Position numbers and translations under genes: made by a program. The notes below the pieces were generated by a model. It was not told where the DNA came from, searched no databases, and worked only from the letters and a program-made list of their open reading frames with translations. DNA of 64,000 nucleotides, from positions 806,001 through 870,000 of the forward strand of contig VRMN01000004.1 of the NCBI GenBank assembly GCA_008690995.1. Direction: 5' to 3'. Position 1 is the first letter of the stretch. Every line of letters begins with the position of its first letter. The stretch comes from Porphyridium purpureum. Taxonomy: Eukaryota. Below, piece by piece: positions 1 through 11,056 of this stretch.

Positions 1-1007
1 GACTCTGAATGGTTGATTGCCCCTTGCAGCTCGTCCAAAGAAAACCACGCCGCAGCCTCAATCTCCTTCTCGTCGATGGTGATCTCGGCAGCGCTCGCAG
101 TAGCCATGCAGCCAATCATGAGGCTGTACGGAAAGGGCCACGGTTGGCTGGAGTGGTATTTAATGCTGTGGACCGCGACGCCAGTCTCCTCCAGCGTCTC
201 ACGCTGCACGGCCTCCTCAATGCTTTCGCCATGTTCCATGAAACCGGCCACGCACGAGTACAAGTTTGGCTGAAAGCGAGCGCTGCGCGCCAGCAGCAAC
301 ATCTTTTCCGTAGGATGGCGCACGGCAGTGATGACCACCGGGTCAGTGCGCGGGAACACGACGCCCGGACAGTTCTGCTCTAGCTCGTGAGCGTCTCCGA
401 TGGGAACCGGCTTGGACGCCTCACCGACTGCATTCCTGCTGCAGACTCTCCGACTTGCACCATGCGACGCGCGCATTTCTGCGCCGCATAAACCGCAGAA
501 GCGAAAGCGGCGGTGAAACTCAAACAGAGAGCGCGCGTGCGCGCAAATCGCAGCTTCTGCATGACTGAGTACTTTTTCAGCGCCCATCGCGGCGGAACGT
601 AAGTCCTTCACCAGTAACTTGCCGTGACGAAAGTCTGTGACCACGTCATCATCTCGCAGCAACGCACCCACGTGCTCCAGCAATTCGGCTTCATCTCCCA
701 GCGTGCTCAACACGGCCAGTTTCTTGCTTCGATGATCGCTCTCATTCTTCTCCTCGCCGAGCGCTAGCCATGGCAGCGTGCCACTCAACGCCAGCTGTTC
801 GCCCAGCGAAGTTTTCCTTCTGAGCCACACCACCCTCAAGTCCGTTGCCGTCTCCACCAAAACAAACTTCAGCGAGTGCGTCAACACCGCCACGTGTTCC
901 TCGCTCAGTGCGGCGGCGAGCGGCTCATCGACGCGGTCGCGCACTTTATCTTCTGCACGCGCGTTATTCTGGCGGTCGAGCGGGGATCCCGCAAACACGT
1001 TGACCAT
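1..1007 (-). CDS. NADH pyrophosphatase, NudC/NUDT12-like Nudix hydrolase (3' end beyond window)
   Basis: Not in the ORF track. The minus frame is open from ATG 1007 to the window edge and reads MVNVFAGSPLDR, Zn-ribbon FCGLCG..RRVC..C, FPRTDPVVI, Nudix box AGFMEHGESIEEAVQRETLEETG, and the NudC signature SQPWPFPYSLMIG. Confidence 0.9.
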   Translation of the reverse strand, partial: MVNVFAGSPLDRQNNARAEDKVRDRVDEPLAAALSEEHVAVLTHSLKFVLVETATDLRVVWLRRKTSLGEQLALSGTLPWLALGEEKNESDHRSKKLAVLSTLGDEAELLEHVGALLRDDDVVTDFRHGKLLVKDLRSAAMGAEKVLSHAEAAICAHARSLFEFHRRFRFCGLCGAEMRASHGASRRVCSRNAVGEASKPVPIGDAHELEQNCPGVVFPRTDPVVITAVRHPTEKMLLLARSARFQPNLYSCVAGFMEHGESIEEAVQRETLEETGVAVHSIKYHSSQPWPFPYSLMIGCMATASAAEITIDEKEIEAAAWFSLDELQGAINHSE

Positions 1008-2250
1008 GGCCGCCGTCTTGGTCCCGTCGTTCGCCGCGAATCCGAGCGCCCTGCCCTGGCCGTTGGTAACACGAGCGCGTGAGACGAGGACATGTGGCGA
1101 TCAGTGGAGGACAAGAAGAACGACGGGCTTTGTCAGAAAGGCCTCTATTGGCCATGGCGGAGATGCTGCGGGGCGCACCAAAGTGTCGGCGGTGCGTGGG
1201 ACGGCTCCTGATCAAACGGCGCCGGTCGAAGTCGTTCGGGACAGGCGACGCGTGACACGCTTGTTGGAACTTTTGCATCCGGATGATGACCCGGCACGTG
1301 TGTATGTTAGTGCAGACCCAGGCATGGACAACATGCGGCTGGAACGCTATTCTGCGTCCACCGAAGCCGCCAAGAGCGATGTGCTTCGGCTACATATGGC
1401 CGAGGTTGACGCTCTCCTTTACGCACTGGAGCAAGCATATGCTCGCCGTGCCCCATTTATTGCACAGCAGAGCATGCTGGAAGCAGCGGTGGGGGCATAC
1501 ACGCTTCTGTTCGTGCGCACGCACGCACCTCTCGTCGGGGCAACGGCATTGACGACGTCCCTCGCGCATCGAAGGCGACGGCTGCTGGCCGTATTCCAGC
1601 GCGCGGCAGTGCGTGACTTTCTCGCCAATGTGGCCGTATTGGGCTGGCTCAAGCGGTCGCGTCCGGCTCGCATCCTGTTCACGGTCACCAATAGACTGCA
1701 GGTACTACATTCCAAGCGATTTCTGATCAACATGTTGCGTTTCCGCCTGCTTCGATTGTTCACTGGATGCATCACCACACGCGCCCGGATGTACTTTGGA
1801 CAGAGTCAGGAAGGCAAGGGATGGAGCGAAAGCGTCGCTGAACAAAGCGGGCCTGTACTACCTTCGCATAGCGTCAAGATCAAGTTTGACGCGCCCCGCA
1901 TTTCATTGGGTCGTGCATTTTCCATCAGCTATGGTCGTGCTTCGGAGGTGGATATGCGTGTCACGTACCTAGACGATCGTCTGCGACTTATGCGCGGGCC
2001 ACACGAGGAACTGTACGTCTTCGTGCGGGTCCGTCCAGGATCAGATCTCTTTCGCCTCGCGCAGGAATGGAGGGCGCACCTTGCGGCACCGACAATGCAC
2101 CCGCGCGTGGCGCTTGTGGGTGCGCTGCTGTTTGCCATCGGATGCTTTTGCGTCACATGGACGTTTGCAGACATGCAAGTCGCACTTCTTCTGACTGCAA
2201 TTTTTGCCCTTGTGTCACTTTCTCTGCGAAAGGAGGGCATGTCTCTTTGA
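1006..2250 (+). CDS. PAP/fibrillin-like plastid protein with C-terminal TM helices
   Basis: RVTYLDDRLRLMRG..LYVFVR matches the fibrillin C-terminal motif. The N-terminus is transit-peptide-like and the tail is hydrophobic. First ATG is 1006; the next Met is ~1324. Confidence 0.6.
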   Translation: MAAVLVPSFAANPSALPWPLVTRARETRTCGDQWRTRRTTGFVRKASIGHGGDAAGRTKVSAVRGTAPDQTAPVEVVRDRRRVTRLLELLHPDDDPARVYVSADPGMDNMRLERYSASTEAAKSDVLRLHMAEVDALLYALEQAYARRAPFIAQQSMLEAAVGAYTLLFVRTHAPLVGATALTTSLAHRRRRLLAVFQRAAVRDFLANVAVLGWLKRSRPARILFTVTNRLQVLHSKRFLINMLRFRLLRLFTGCITTRARMYFGQSQEGKGWSESVAEQSGPVLPSHSVKIKFDAPRISLGRAFSISYGRASEVDMRVTYLDDRLRLMRGPHEELYVFVRVRPGSDLFRLAQEWRAHLAAPTMHPRVALVGALLFAIGCFCVTWTFADMQVALLLTAIFALVSLSLRKEGMSL

Positions 2251-2515
2251 AAGCGTTTGTATATATGTGGTCGCTTGCCCGTGTGGTGACAATCTGTGGT
2301 GCGATAGCTGATCTGAAGAATGTCTCCGTTTGCAAATTGAAAGGTATGCACGAAAGCGGCTGAGAAGCTCTTATTGCTGGACAATTTTCGCACACATGCA
2401 CTAAGAGCGAGCTGTAAAGGTGCTCTCCTAGTCGGAGCGTTGTACAATGCATAAACAAAAAGTCCTGACATCCTCATGGGTTCCGAGTTTTAACTATTTC
2501 TTTCTCCTCTTAGAT

Positions 2516-4210
2516 CTAGAATAGTGCCAACTCTTGGCATTCAGCCAAGCTTTTCTTGCGCGCCGCCAGCCATTCGTCTTCATTGAATATGTACTGCTTA
2601 GCGTTCCCAAGCGAAATGAGGTAAGGGCCACTCGATCGCTGCATGGGGATCTCCACCTGGCCAGCTTCGTCTGTAGATTCAGCTTCCGTCTTTTGTGCGG
2701 TACTCACCTCTGGCCAGTTCATCGGGTAGCGCTGCACTGGAAGCTTCAAGGCTGAATGAGCCTTTTCTAAAATCGCCTCAGTGTCTGGATCCTTCTTCTC
2801 GACGAAATATTTCGGGATGTACGTCTGCTGGTTTTGCTCTAAAAGCATCTTGCGTTCCCTGCTCTTCATTTCCACATCAATGCGAGCCTTTTGCGCCTCT
2901 TCATTGCGGCGTTGTGCGAACAGAAATATGTCTTCGCGATATCTTACATCTGAAGGCAACGGACACGCGCGGTCTAGCGGCAACTCAGCACCTTGTTCTT
3001 TTTCCAAGGCTTGAGCCGCCCGACTCATAGCTTCTCTGGCTTTCCCTGTCCCTTCACGAGACTCTGGATCCAAGCCGAGCAGCTCGTACGCAAATTTGGT
3101 CATTTTCCATTTGTCGTCCTTCACCTTGTGGTCGCCAGACTGCCAGAGACGCACGCACTCACCCTTCTTGATGCTCTCGCAACCATCGCACATACTCGTG
3201 GCGTCCAGATACTGGCTCCAGAGTCCTTCAAAGCGCATCACATGCTCACCATCGGGGTTCACAAGCCATCCGCGGAACTCGTGCTTGCCCGCCTGCATCC
3301 AACCCATTTTTCGCAGGTGCAGTTCGGCGCGGAAATTCGAGGCGTGGTTGACAACAGCAATCGTGCCAAAGTGGTCAAGATACGCCCCGCCAACGAGCAA
3401 ATTGGCTGCGAGAGACGTGGGTAGATTCCACGAGAATGACTCACCATACTTGGATAACGTCACAAACCGCGAACCGCGCGACTTGACTTCGATTGCGTTA
3501 CCCTGGTACATCGCCACGACGTCAACTACCTCGCCCATCATCCAGCCACGGCCTTTGATGTTGCTGACTGAGACGGACGGATGATCGCTCACGTGCTCCG
3601 CGATCATGTCAATGCTTCGCGTTTCGTCGAAAAATTCAAACGTCTCCCCCACGACGGGCACGAAGGGCTTTCCCGTTCTGGCCGAGTGTGCAAAAGCCGA
3701 CATGATGAAGGTGGTCACGAGCGTGTTGCGCATGATCGGCTCGTCACACGCCGCAGCCTTGTCAAGCAGCTCACAGAACTCCAAACTCTCGGCCATTCTC
3801 GTGAGCGCCGAGCTCGGCTCCATGATCCACAGCGGTGTGTTCAACACCATGTTCTGCACGTCCAGACCCATCAGGTTTCTCAGGTTGCCCAGAAAGCCGC
3901 CCTTCTTCTTCTGATTCTGATTCTGCGCCGTGCCGTCGTTCGTCGTATTGGCGTCGTCCGCGCCTTCTTTCGAACAATCGCCATCATCTGCGTTGCCCAT
4001 ATCCGCAGCGTTGCATCCATGCTTCGTCTGCTCACCCTGTTCGCCCTCTGCGTCGTCCTGAGCGGCGTCGCATGCCGGACTGCCGTCCTCCAACTCCATA
4101 TCTACCAAATAGCCAGCCTCGATCGCGCTCCTCTCCTTGTCCGAGACCGTGCGGAGCACATCTTCTCCTGCCGTGTCGAGCGAAAGCTGCTCAAGCTGTG
4201 GCGACGACAT
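2516..4210 (-). CDS. Oxysterol-binding protein (ORD domain)
   Basis: PLWIMEPSSALTR, KPFVPVVGETFE, AEHVSDHPS (variant of EQVSHHPP) and PLPSDVRYRED. Start chosen at MSSPQ. Confidence 0.9.
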   Translation of the reverse strand: MSSPQLEQLSLDTAGEDVLRTVSDKERSAIEAGYLVDMELEDGSPACDAAQDDAEGEQGEQTKHGCNAADMGNADDGDCSKEGADDANTTNDGTAQNQNQKKKGGFLGNLRNLMGLDVQNMVLNTPLWIMEPSSALTRMAESLEFCELLDKAAACDEPIMRNTLVTTFIMSAFAHSARTGKPFVPVVGETFEFFDETRSIDMIAEHVSDHPSVSVSNIKGRGWMMGEVVDVVAMYQGNAIEVKSRGSRFVTLSKYGESFSWNLPTSLAANLLVGGAYLDHFGTIAVVNHASNFRAELHLRKMGWMQAGKHEFRGWLVNPDGEHVMRFEGLWSQYLDATSMCDGCESIKKGECVRLWQSGDHKVKDDKWKMTKFAYELLGLDPESREGTGKAREAMSRAAQALEKEQGAELPLDRACPLPSDVRYREDIFLFAQRRNEEAQKARIDVEMKSRERKMLLEQNQQTYIPKYFVEKKDPDTEAILEKAHSALKLPVQRYPMNWPEVSTAQKTEAESTDEAGQVEIPMQRSSGPYLISLGNAKQYIFNEDEWLAARKKSLAECQELALF

Positions 4211-4661
4211 TTTCTTTCCCGTTCCCGCGGTTCTCCCAGCGAGGCACCGTGGCGGTATTCCTTCTCGACGCCCTGCGACCGTATCTCCACTGTCTTCCAG
4301 CCCCAGTACACCACCCCAAACACACTCTTGCTGGGCAACTTCTGGCGGTTCCCCTGAGCCAGCTTTTTCCACAGCGCGAACTGAACGACCCGATCGCGTC
4401 TCACGCTCCCGCCTTGATCCAACCCCTTGCTCACACCAGCTGTGCCCCGCACGAACCCAATGAATCACACGGACCTGGTTCTTCCTTTCGCAGACCGACA
4501 CGAAACACCCCCTTCGAGAGCCGAGCAACAGACACACACACACAACTACACACACAGCGCTCCACGACGCCGTTTGTGCCTCGACTTGCTGTCGTCTGTG
4601 TTGTCCTCCGCAGTTCCCGCTCATCGTTTCTTCCTTGGAACGCACGCGCACGTTGGGGCCG

Positions 4662-4680
4662 AAAAAAAAAAAAAAAAAAA
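4662..4680. repeat. poly(A) tract
   Basis: Run of ~19 A upstream of OSBP. Confidence 0.9.
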
Positions 4681-4806
4681 CGCCGAATCGACATCGAACT
4701 GTACCGCACTAACTGTACATTAGCCATTGTCCACGAGTCTGTCACGACGTGTGTCACCATCATGGGCGGGTGTACAGTGGACAAGGGGGAACTGTACCTT
4801 TTGTGT

Positions 4807-6711
4807 TTACGACTGTACTTGGTGGGTGGTGTGGACATGCGGTGCATCGGAGGATGGAGAGGGCAAGGGCGCGGGGAAAGGAGAGGCCGCGAGGGGCTGA
4901 CGGAGCGCGTGCACAGACGATACGATTTGCACGCGCTGCATCCCCGCCGGATGGCTGACGTTCAGGTAGAATGCGCGTCGGCTTTCGAGGTACTCGCACG
5001 ATTGCGTGGACGACAGTGTTGCCCGTGCACGAGTGCGGCTGTGCAGGTGCTGGCTCGTGCTCGGAATTGTGTGTGACGACGCGTGGTCGTGACTGTGTGC
5101 TCGGTCTGTCACGCGGTCTCGGTAAGGATGCAAGTTGCTCCAGCTGAATTCGCACGGGTTGGTGAAGCTGAGCATCACGACCCCGCGCAGCCGCCCGCTA
5201 AACGCAACGAGGAATCGGCTTTCCGAGTGCGTGAGAGGCCGCATCAGGCTGCTGATGTGCAGCTCGCCCCATGAGTCGCTCCAAGCTTGTCCACTGACGC
5301 CACTCCGCACGCGCTGCTGCGCGCGGCACACTGCCGAGGCCATGCGGAAGCCTCTCGATAGGCCCGCACGGCGCGGAGTAATCACATAGTATTCGGGATT
5401 CTCGCCCCAAATCTCCGCCGAATCCCACACTGTGATCGTGCATTCGTCTGTGGCATGAACGCCCTGCTCAAATTTGGGGTGGTGCTGGGACACATTCTCC
5501 ATGTGCTCGAGCTTAGTGACCGAGCGACTCGGACCCGCGCGGGGTCCTTGCTCTTTCGTGATGCTCCAGCGATACAGAGTTACTGACCCGGCGCGCTGGC
5601 ACGTGCGTGACAAGTAGCATGCCAGTGATAGGTGGTCCGCACCAAAGGACAATGGATGCAGCCCCATCACGAACGGCCATTCACCGTCCTGCAGGAAGAA
5701 ATTGTGTACCCACTGCGCAGGCGCACCTGGATCGCGAAGGTCGAAAACACCAGCCGTCAGGTAGTTTGAGTGTGTGCACTCAGTGCCGCGGCTCCTGAGG
5801 TCAGTGAGGCTGGCATCGCTTCCCAGACGAATGCTAGACATAAAAAGGAGACATGGCGCATTCTTGTCTGTCGTAATGCAAATCGAATCAATTGGGAGTG
5901 TTTCTGCTGGAAGCGGAATCGAATGTCCCCATTGTATGCCAGGGTACATGCGCGGTTTGACCACTTTCTGAGAAAAAATACCGCTTTCCACACCGCCGCC
6001 GCCGGCCTGAAAGTTCTCGATGTTCCAAGAGACAATGAATGCGTCGTCCCAGAGCACGATCATATACGTGAGGCACTTGGATATGATCAGCTTGGTCATA
6101 TGTTTGGACGAGCTTCGCCGGCAAGGATCTGGCGGTAGCGACACAGGCGGGCACAAATCAAACAGATGCGTACCATTTCTGACAGAGAAGGTGTGCAAAT
6201 TTCGACACGAGTGGCACGCCACAACAAACCATTGCTCGTCGGGACTCATGTGGAGCTTAGGCATCAGACGGTGCGGCTGGCCCAGCGAGTTGTTGAGAAG
6301 GCGCAGCACAAAGGTGTCCGTCTGATTTGTAATCAGGTTGCAAACCATCAAACTGACATCCTTTGTCTCGCCGTGAATGAACAAAGCGGCGACATGCCGG
6401 TCTGGCTCGGTATCCAGGGCCACCACGCTTCCAAACGAGCCGCTTTGCTGCAGCTGTTGTGGAAGCGCACACATCGCATTAATGCGGTACTCGCTCAGCA
6501 AGTTGGACATGACGCTCTGAAAGCGCTTATGTCGCTGACTCTGGTTGAATCCATTCCCTTGGATGTGACCAACGCGGTCATGATCCTCCTGGTCTTCAGA
6601 CAGCCAGATAACAGTATAAAAGAACCGGCAGGTTTGGGCGAGTTGGTATCGGTCTTTCACTCCGACAGACGCGGCAATCTGGAGCAGCAACTCTCGAGGA
6701 AGACTCTGCAT
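4807..6711 (-). CDS. F-box protein with probable beta-propeller-like C-terminus
   Basis: N-terminal MQSLPRELLLQIAASVGVKDRYQLAQTCRFFY is an F-box pattern. Confidence 0.7.
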   Translation of the reverse strand: MQSLPRELLLQIAASVGVKDRYQLAQTCRFFYTVIWLSEDQEDHDRVGHIQGNGFNQSQRHKRFQSVMSNLLSEYRINAMCALPQQLQQSGSFGSVVALDTEPDRHVAALFIHGETKDVSLMVCNLITNQTDTFVLRLLNNSLGQPHRLMPKLHMSPDEQWFVVACHSCRNLHTFSVRNGTHLFDLCPPVSLPPDPCRRSSSKHMTKLIISKCLTYMIVLWDDAFIVSWNIENFQAGGGGVESGIFSQKVVKPRMYPGIQWGHSIPLPAETLPIDSICITTDKNAPCLLFMSSIRLGSDASLTDLRSRGTECTHSNYLTAGVFDLRDPGAPAQWVHNFFLQDGEWPFVMGLHPLSFGADHLSLACYLSRTCQRAGSVTLYRWSITKEQGPRAGPSRSVTKLEHMENVSQHHPKFEQGVHATDECTITVWDSAEIWGENPEYYVITPRRAGLSRGFRMASAVCRAQQRVRSGVSGQAWSDSWGELHISSLMRPLTHSESRFLVAFSGRLRGVVMLSFTNPCEFSWSNLHPYRDRVTDRAHSHDHASSHTIPSTSQHLHSRTRARATLSSTQSCEYLESRRAFYLNVSHPAGMQRVQIVSSVHALRQPLAASPFPAPLPSPSSDAPHVHTTHQVQS

Positions 6712-7123
6712 TTCTTTGGCATTCCGAGCGGAACAGAGAATGGACGAATTCCTAGCCGTGGAAACCGACAGCCTCGCGCCGCGCGGACGGTCAATGCAGA
6801 CCTTGTTCGGCGACTTGATGCTGCGTCCTCCTGTCGGAAAGTGGGCATTCGCATCATGGCTTTTATACTCGTCGTGCCGCATCCTTTTTATCTCCGCCAG
6901 GATGAATCGCGGTGTCGACCCACGTCACATGTGCGCAAGCAGAACGGCCTGGCACTTTCGAGTGCCGACAAGAGTGAAGGGTGTCTCTGACGTGAGACGA
7001 CCGAAGGGCTCGACAGTTGACCAATTGAGGGCTGGGAGTGAGAAGCAGTGCGCGAGACTCCGAAGCTCAGCAGAGTGGATCACCTCGACCGTTTATGAAC
7101 CCGCCATCAAATCATTTTTATTT

Positions 7124-8269
7124 CTATCTTCGCACTTGGTTGATTCGGTCCATGTAATCATCATCCTCGGTCGCTCCCGGCGGCGCGGTCGGCGCTTGTC
7201 CACCAGATGGATTGAAGCCGGTTGGGTACGGCGGCGCAGCACCATACGGATTCGGGGCCTGTGATGCGCCGGGGGGCATACCGTACGGGTTACCGAATTC
7301 AGGCTCCTTCGCGGAGCCCCCAGGCATCGTATATCCTTGGGCCCCGAACCCGTCTGTGACGGGCATCCCGTAGCCCGATGATGGTGGCGGTGCGCCGTAA
7401 CCACCCGAAGCCGCTTGGTAGTTTCCTCCAGTTGGATACACCTGGCCCATTCCGCCCGGCTGATACATGCCCGGCTCATGCTGCATCCCGGGTACGTACT
7501 GATGCTGCTGCTGCGGTGGCCCGCCGGTGGCGCCATAACCACCGGGAATGTTATGGAAGCTCTGTCCCGCGCCCTGGGGCGTAGGATTGTACGAAGGAGT
7601 CGTGACATGAAAGGCAGACGCGTTGTCAAGATCCTCAAACTCTGGGGGTGGCACCCACGCGACACCCTGCTCCTTCGTGATACGTTTCATGTGCTCCAGC
7701 ACGATGCGACCCTCGGGAAGTCCCGCGTCGAGTTTTGCCTTGAGCCGCTTATTGATGTGCACTGCATTTGGGCCGGCGCCCGCAGCGAGCTCATCGATGG
7801 TTTGCGGTCCGTAGATGAGGCGCAGCTGGTTGGTTGCGTCGGTGAGTTCCGGGATGCCGCACCTCCCCGAGGCGTACACCATTGTGCACACGGACTCAAG
7901 GCAGTCCGGCGGAAGGGCGGCGAGATTCTGAGAGCTCTGTATGAGGGGCAGGCGTTGGAGTACCATTTCGCAGAACACGAGCAACACGTCGAGCGCCTCG
8001 CTCTGCTTGATGTCACGCAGCATGGACTCTGTCTTCACGCGCGCCAGCGCCCCCTTCTGCTGCCCCAGCAGCTGCGCAATCTCACGCTCATTTGCCAAGC
8101 GCGCGTTTTCTGCCTTGGTCTTCACAATCTGCGCGCGGTTGATCGCCGACTTGATCTGGATCTTAAACTTGACCGAGTCAAACGGCGCAGCGTTCGGCGC
8201 GCGACCACCAGCTGCAGCACCCGCACCACCACTGCCCGCCTCCTTCTTGTCCTTCTTGAACAAGCCCAT
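7124..8269 (-). CDS. IST1: IST1, ESCRT-III-associated regulator of Vps4
   Basis: REIAQLL..ARVKTESMLR..YASGRCGIPEL core, Pro/Gly/Tyr-rich linker, and C-terminal MIM-like DDDYMDRINQVRR. Confidence 0.88.
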   Translation of the reverse strand: MGLFKKDKKEAGSGGAGAAAGGRAPNAAPFDSVKFKIQIKSAINRAQIVKTKAENARLANEREIAQLLGQQKGALARVKTESMLRDIKQSEALDVLLVFCEMVLQRLPLIQSSQNLAALPPDCLESVCTMVYASGRCGIPELTDATNQLRLIYGPQTIDELAAGAGPNAVHINKRLKAKLDAGLPEGRIVLEHMKRITKEQGVAWVPPPEFEDLDNASAFHVTTPSYNPTPQGAGQSFHNIPGGYGATGGPPQQQHQYVPGMQHEPGMYQPGGMGQVYPTGGNYQAASGGYGAPPPSSGYGMPVTDGFGAQGYTMPGGSAKEPEFGNPYGMPPGASQAPNPYGAAPPYPTGFNPSGGQAPTAPPGATEDDDYMDRINQVRR

Positions 8270-9191
8270 GTTTTCTCCTTCTTTCCCTCCCTCCCTCGGA
8301 CCTTCCTCCTTCCAATCAATCAAACCCCTCCCTCCCCTTCCGTCTCTTGCCTCTCCCTAACCCCCGCCCCCCCCGCCTCTCTCCCAAATACCGTTTTTAT
8401 CCTCTTTCGCTGCGAATGAGCGTTCCTTCTGTTATCCCACTGTCCCCAACCGCTTTTTGACATCCGCTGTACACTATACCAACTCGTAGATATTCAGTAG
8501 TGTACAGTGCGAATTTCATCGGCTTTCCTTGAATTTTCGGCGAGAAAGCCGCGCAAGAATTGACCCATGCCCATGCAGTGCACGCAATGACACCCGCGTG
8601 TTGCCGCAAACAGGGGTCGCTGCTCCTGGGTAGTGGCGGTAGGCGATAGGCGGCTGTAGACTTGCACACCGTGCGTGATTCGATCAACATCCTTCGACGC
8701 AAACGCGCAGTGTCGTGAGTGCCTCGCAGCCGTTTCTCCTCGTTCTGTGCGCATGTGCCTCTAATGTGCAGCCGCGTCCTCTCGCCATACCGCACGCCGG
8801 CAGAGCGCGCTACGTGAAGACGTCCATCTACCCCCACTCGCATCCCGGGATGCTATTTCCAGCGCGGCTGGTCCCAATGCATTGTTGCACGACTCCTCTC
8901 TTCTCTCTTTCACAGACAAAATTACCCAACGCAGCTCTCTCTTCCTGTGCGCGAAACAATTGCACGGCGCGCCGTATAACCGTTGAACCGCATCAAAGGC
9001 TGGACGGTACTGCGCACAAGTACAGTGAATGGTGAAAAGGTCATTCGGTTTCGAGTTATTGGTTCAGTTTCGTTCGGTTTCGGTTTCGTGCGTGTCGGTT
9101 ACGCTGAGCGTTTCGGGTGGCGGGAGTTTGGACTTGAGCGTTAAGAAGGCAGGATGCGGGTACAAGGTGAGTGAAGCACGAGGTTCGTCGT

Positions 9192-10889
9192 ATGGAGTCT
9201 TTGCAACGTGGCGGACGCCGCGAGAACGCCGACATTGGCGACAAGCTGCGCGAGTTTCTGCTCCGGATACAGACCGAGCCGCTGCTACCTCTCGTGGAAG
9301 AGTATCGCCCAATTCTGAATCAGCTCGACCAGGAAGGTTCTGACGCGTGGGAGCATGCTTACGTGCGCTTGCGGGAGACCGTGCAGCATGATGTTGATCC
9401 GAATGTGGTGAAGTACACGCTGGCGCAGGCTCAAGTCTATACGAACGAGTCGGACTCGCTCAAGATAGTGCTGGATAGCTCGGTGCTCACCACGGAACAG
9501 CTCAGTTCGTCTGGACTCGGACGCTCCGCTTATTCGCAGGCTCCGCCGATAGATGACCATGTCGGTAATAAGTGCGGATTCTACGCCTGCTTCTCGTGCA
9601 AAACGTACAAGAGCATGTCGGATGAAGAAAAGTTGTTGCTTGCAGCGTACAACCGCTTGGCCGGTGAATTGGGCGTCGATCAGTTGACTTTTATGCAAGG
9701 CATAAACACCATAACGCTGTGCCGTCGGGTGCGCCGCGCGGAAATCCAGCATGCAAGAAAGAGAGCGCCGGCTCCAGCTGGACAGAGTGGCGACGAATCA
9801 GCGCAGAGCAGCGAATCAGGATCCGACAGAGGAATCCGAAGCGGATTCCACACGCCGATAGATCCTGGCCCAAGTAATTGGAGAGGAAGTTCAAGCGAGC
9901 TGGCGGAGATTGATTACTTTTTGCGTTTTGCAAACGCTTCGTATGGAACCACCTTGAGCCCACATCGAATCTACAACCTCACTGAAACCCGCGCGGTGGC
10001 AAACATGGCTGGGCTGCCTGTCGACGATATCGCGCAGCACGTGCCGGCGTCTGCTCCTCTTCGGCCGTCGTACTTTATTGCTGTAGATCATCAACTGGAG
10101 CGAATCGTCATTTCAGTGCGTGGCACGCTGAATGCAGCGGACGCGCTCACAGACGTGGTTGCGAACCTAGAGCCCGTTTACGTCGCGCTGCACAGGCCCG
10201 CAGACACGTCAGAGGCGTTGCTCGGTCTTGCGCACTCTGGCGTGCGGCGGAGCACGCAGAATTTATATTTGACCATCAAGGAGTGTGTCGAGGAGTTATT
10301 GCAGCAGAATCCGACCTATGCGCTACGTTTTACGGGTCATAGCTTAGGAGGCGGAGTTGCGGCATTGCTTGCGCTGCTCTTCCGGGAACTCAATCCAGTA
10401 AGCCAAGGGAGGGATATTAAGGCGTTCTTGTTCGGTCCGCCGAGTATTTTGACGGGTGCCATGGCCAAATACTGTGAGCAGTTTGTGATTTGCGTCATAA
10501 ATAAGAACGACATCGTCCCGCGCCTGAGTGTGAGTGCGTTCCGCTTTTTTATGGCCGTATCCCATGAGGTGAAGGCCATGGGGTGCTTCGAGCGGTGGCG
10601 CAAAATTCATTTGAACTTGATGAGCAATGAAGAAAAGATACAGATCGTCACCGGAATCCGCACTGAGATTCGGAAACAATCCCCGAATGCCTTGAAGCTT
10701 TATGTGCCGGGTATTGTGTTGCTTATGTCGAGCTCAGGACAGGGTTGGAAGCGCAAGATGCGTATGCGAGAGGTGGCGCGCGATGATCGAAGCCTGCGCA
10801 GAGTCGAAATGTCTGCAGGATTTTTCTACAACCACTGGCCCGGGAATTATCGCCTCAACTTGAACCGGGTTTTGAAGAACAACTCGTAG
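9192..10889 (+). CDS. Class 3 lipase (DAG-lipase-like)
   Basis: IVISVRGT, AHSG, nucleophile GHSLGGG, NDIVPRLS and a C-terminal His. Confidence 0.88.
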   Translation: MESLQRGGRRENADIGDKLREFLLRIQTEPLLPLVEEYRPILNQLDQEGSDAWEHAYVRLRETVQHDVDPNVVKYTLAQAQVYTNESDSLKIVLDSSVLTTEQLSSSGLGRSAYSQAPPIDDHVGNKCGFYACFSCKTYKSMSDEEKLLLAAYNRLAGELGVDQLTFMQGINTITLCRRVRRAEIQHARKRAPAPAGQSGDESAQSSESGSDRGIRSGFHTPIDPGPSNWRGSSSELAEIDYFLRFANASYGTTLSPHRIYNLTETRAVANMAGLPVDDIAQHVPASAPLRPSYFIAVDHQLERIVISVRGTLNAADALTDVVANLEPVYVALHRPADTSEALLGLAHSGVRRSTQNLYLTIKECVEELLQQNPTYALRFTGHSLGGGVAALLALLFRELNPVSQGRDIKAFLFGPPSILTGAMAKYCEQFVICVINKNDIVPRLSVSAFRFFMAVSHEVKAMGCFERWRKIHLNLMSNEEKIQIVTGIRTEIRKQSPNALKLYVPGIVLLMSSSGQGWKRKMRMREVARDDRSLRRVEMSAGFFYNHWPGNYRLNLNRVLKNNS

Positions 10890-11056
10890 CGCGCGCGTAA
10901 GGACCGCACGTGCTTGCTTCCAGATGTTTACTTGTCATTATATTCAGCCGTCCGTACGTTACTGCCATTGTAGTGCCACAAAGCATGCATACTACCTGAG
11001 CGAACTTCACAATTTTTGCTAAGCGCAAAAGCTTTCAATCTCAAATTGCCCATCCA

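Noticed and set aside
9..383. Plus-strand 124-aa ORF
   Set aside because: Antisense shadow of the NudC gene.
4211..4651. N-terminal extension of OSBP with an apparent hydrophobic segment
   Set aside because: The VCVVVCVC stretch derives from a CA-rich repeat. Probably 5'UTR, though an in-frame ATG at 4624 cannot be excluded.
3835..5076. 413-aa plus-strand ORF
   Set aside because: Antisense to OSBP and the F-box gene, crosses a poly(A) tract, and has no motifs.
7415..8419. Long antisense ORFs (also 11016-11990, 13515-14351, 24883-25644)
   Set aside because: Expected mirror frames of GC-rich genes; no recognisable domains.
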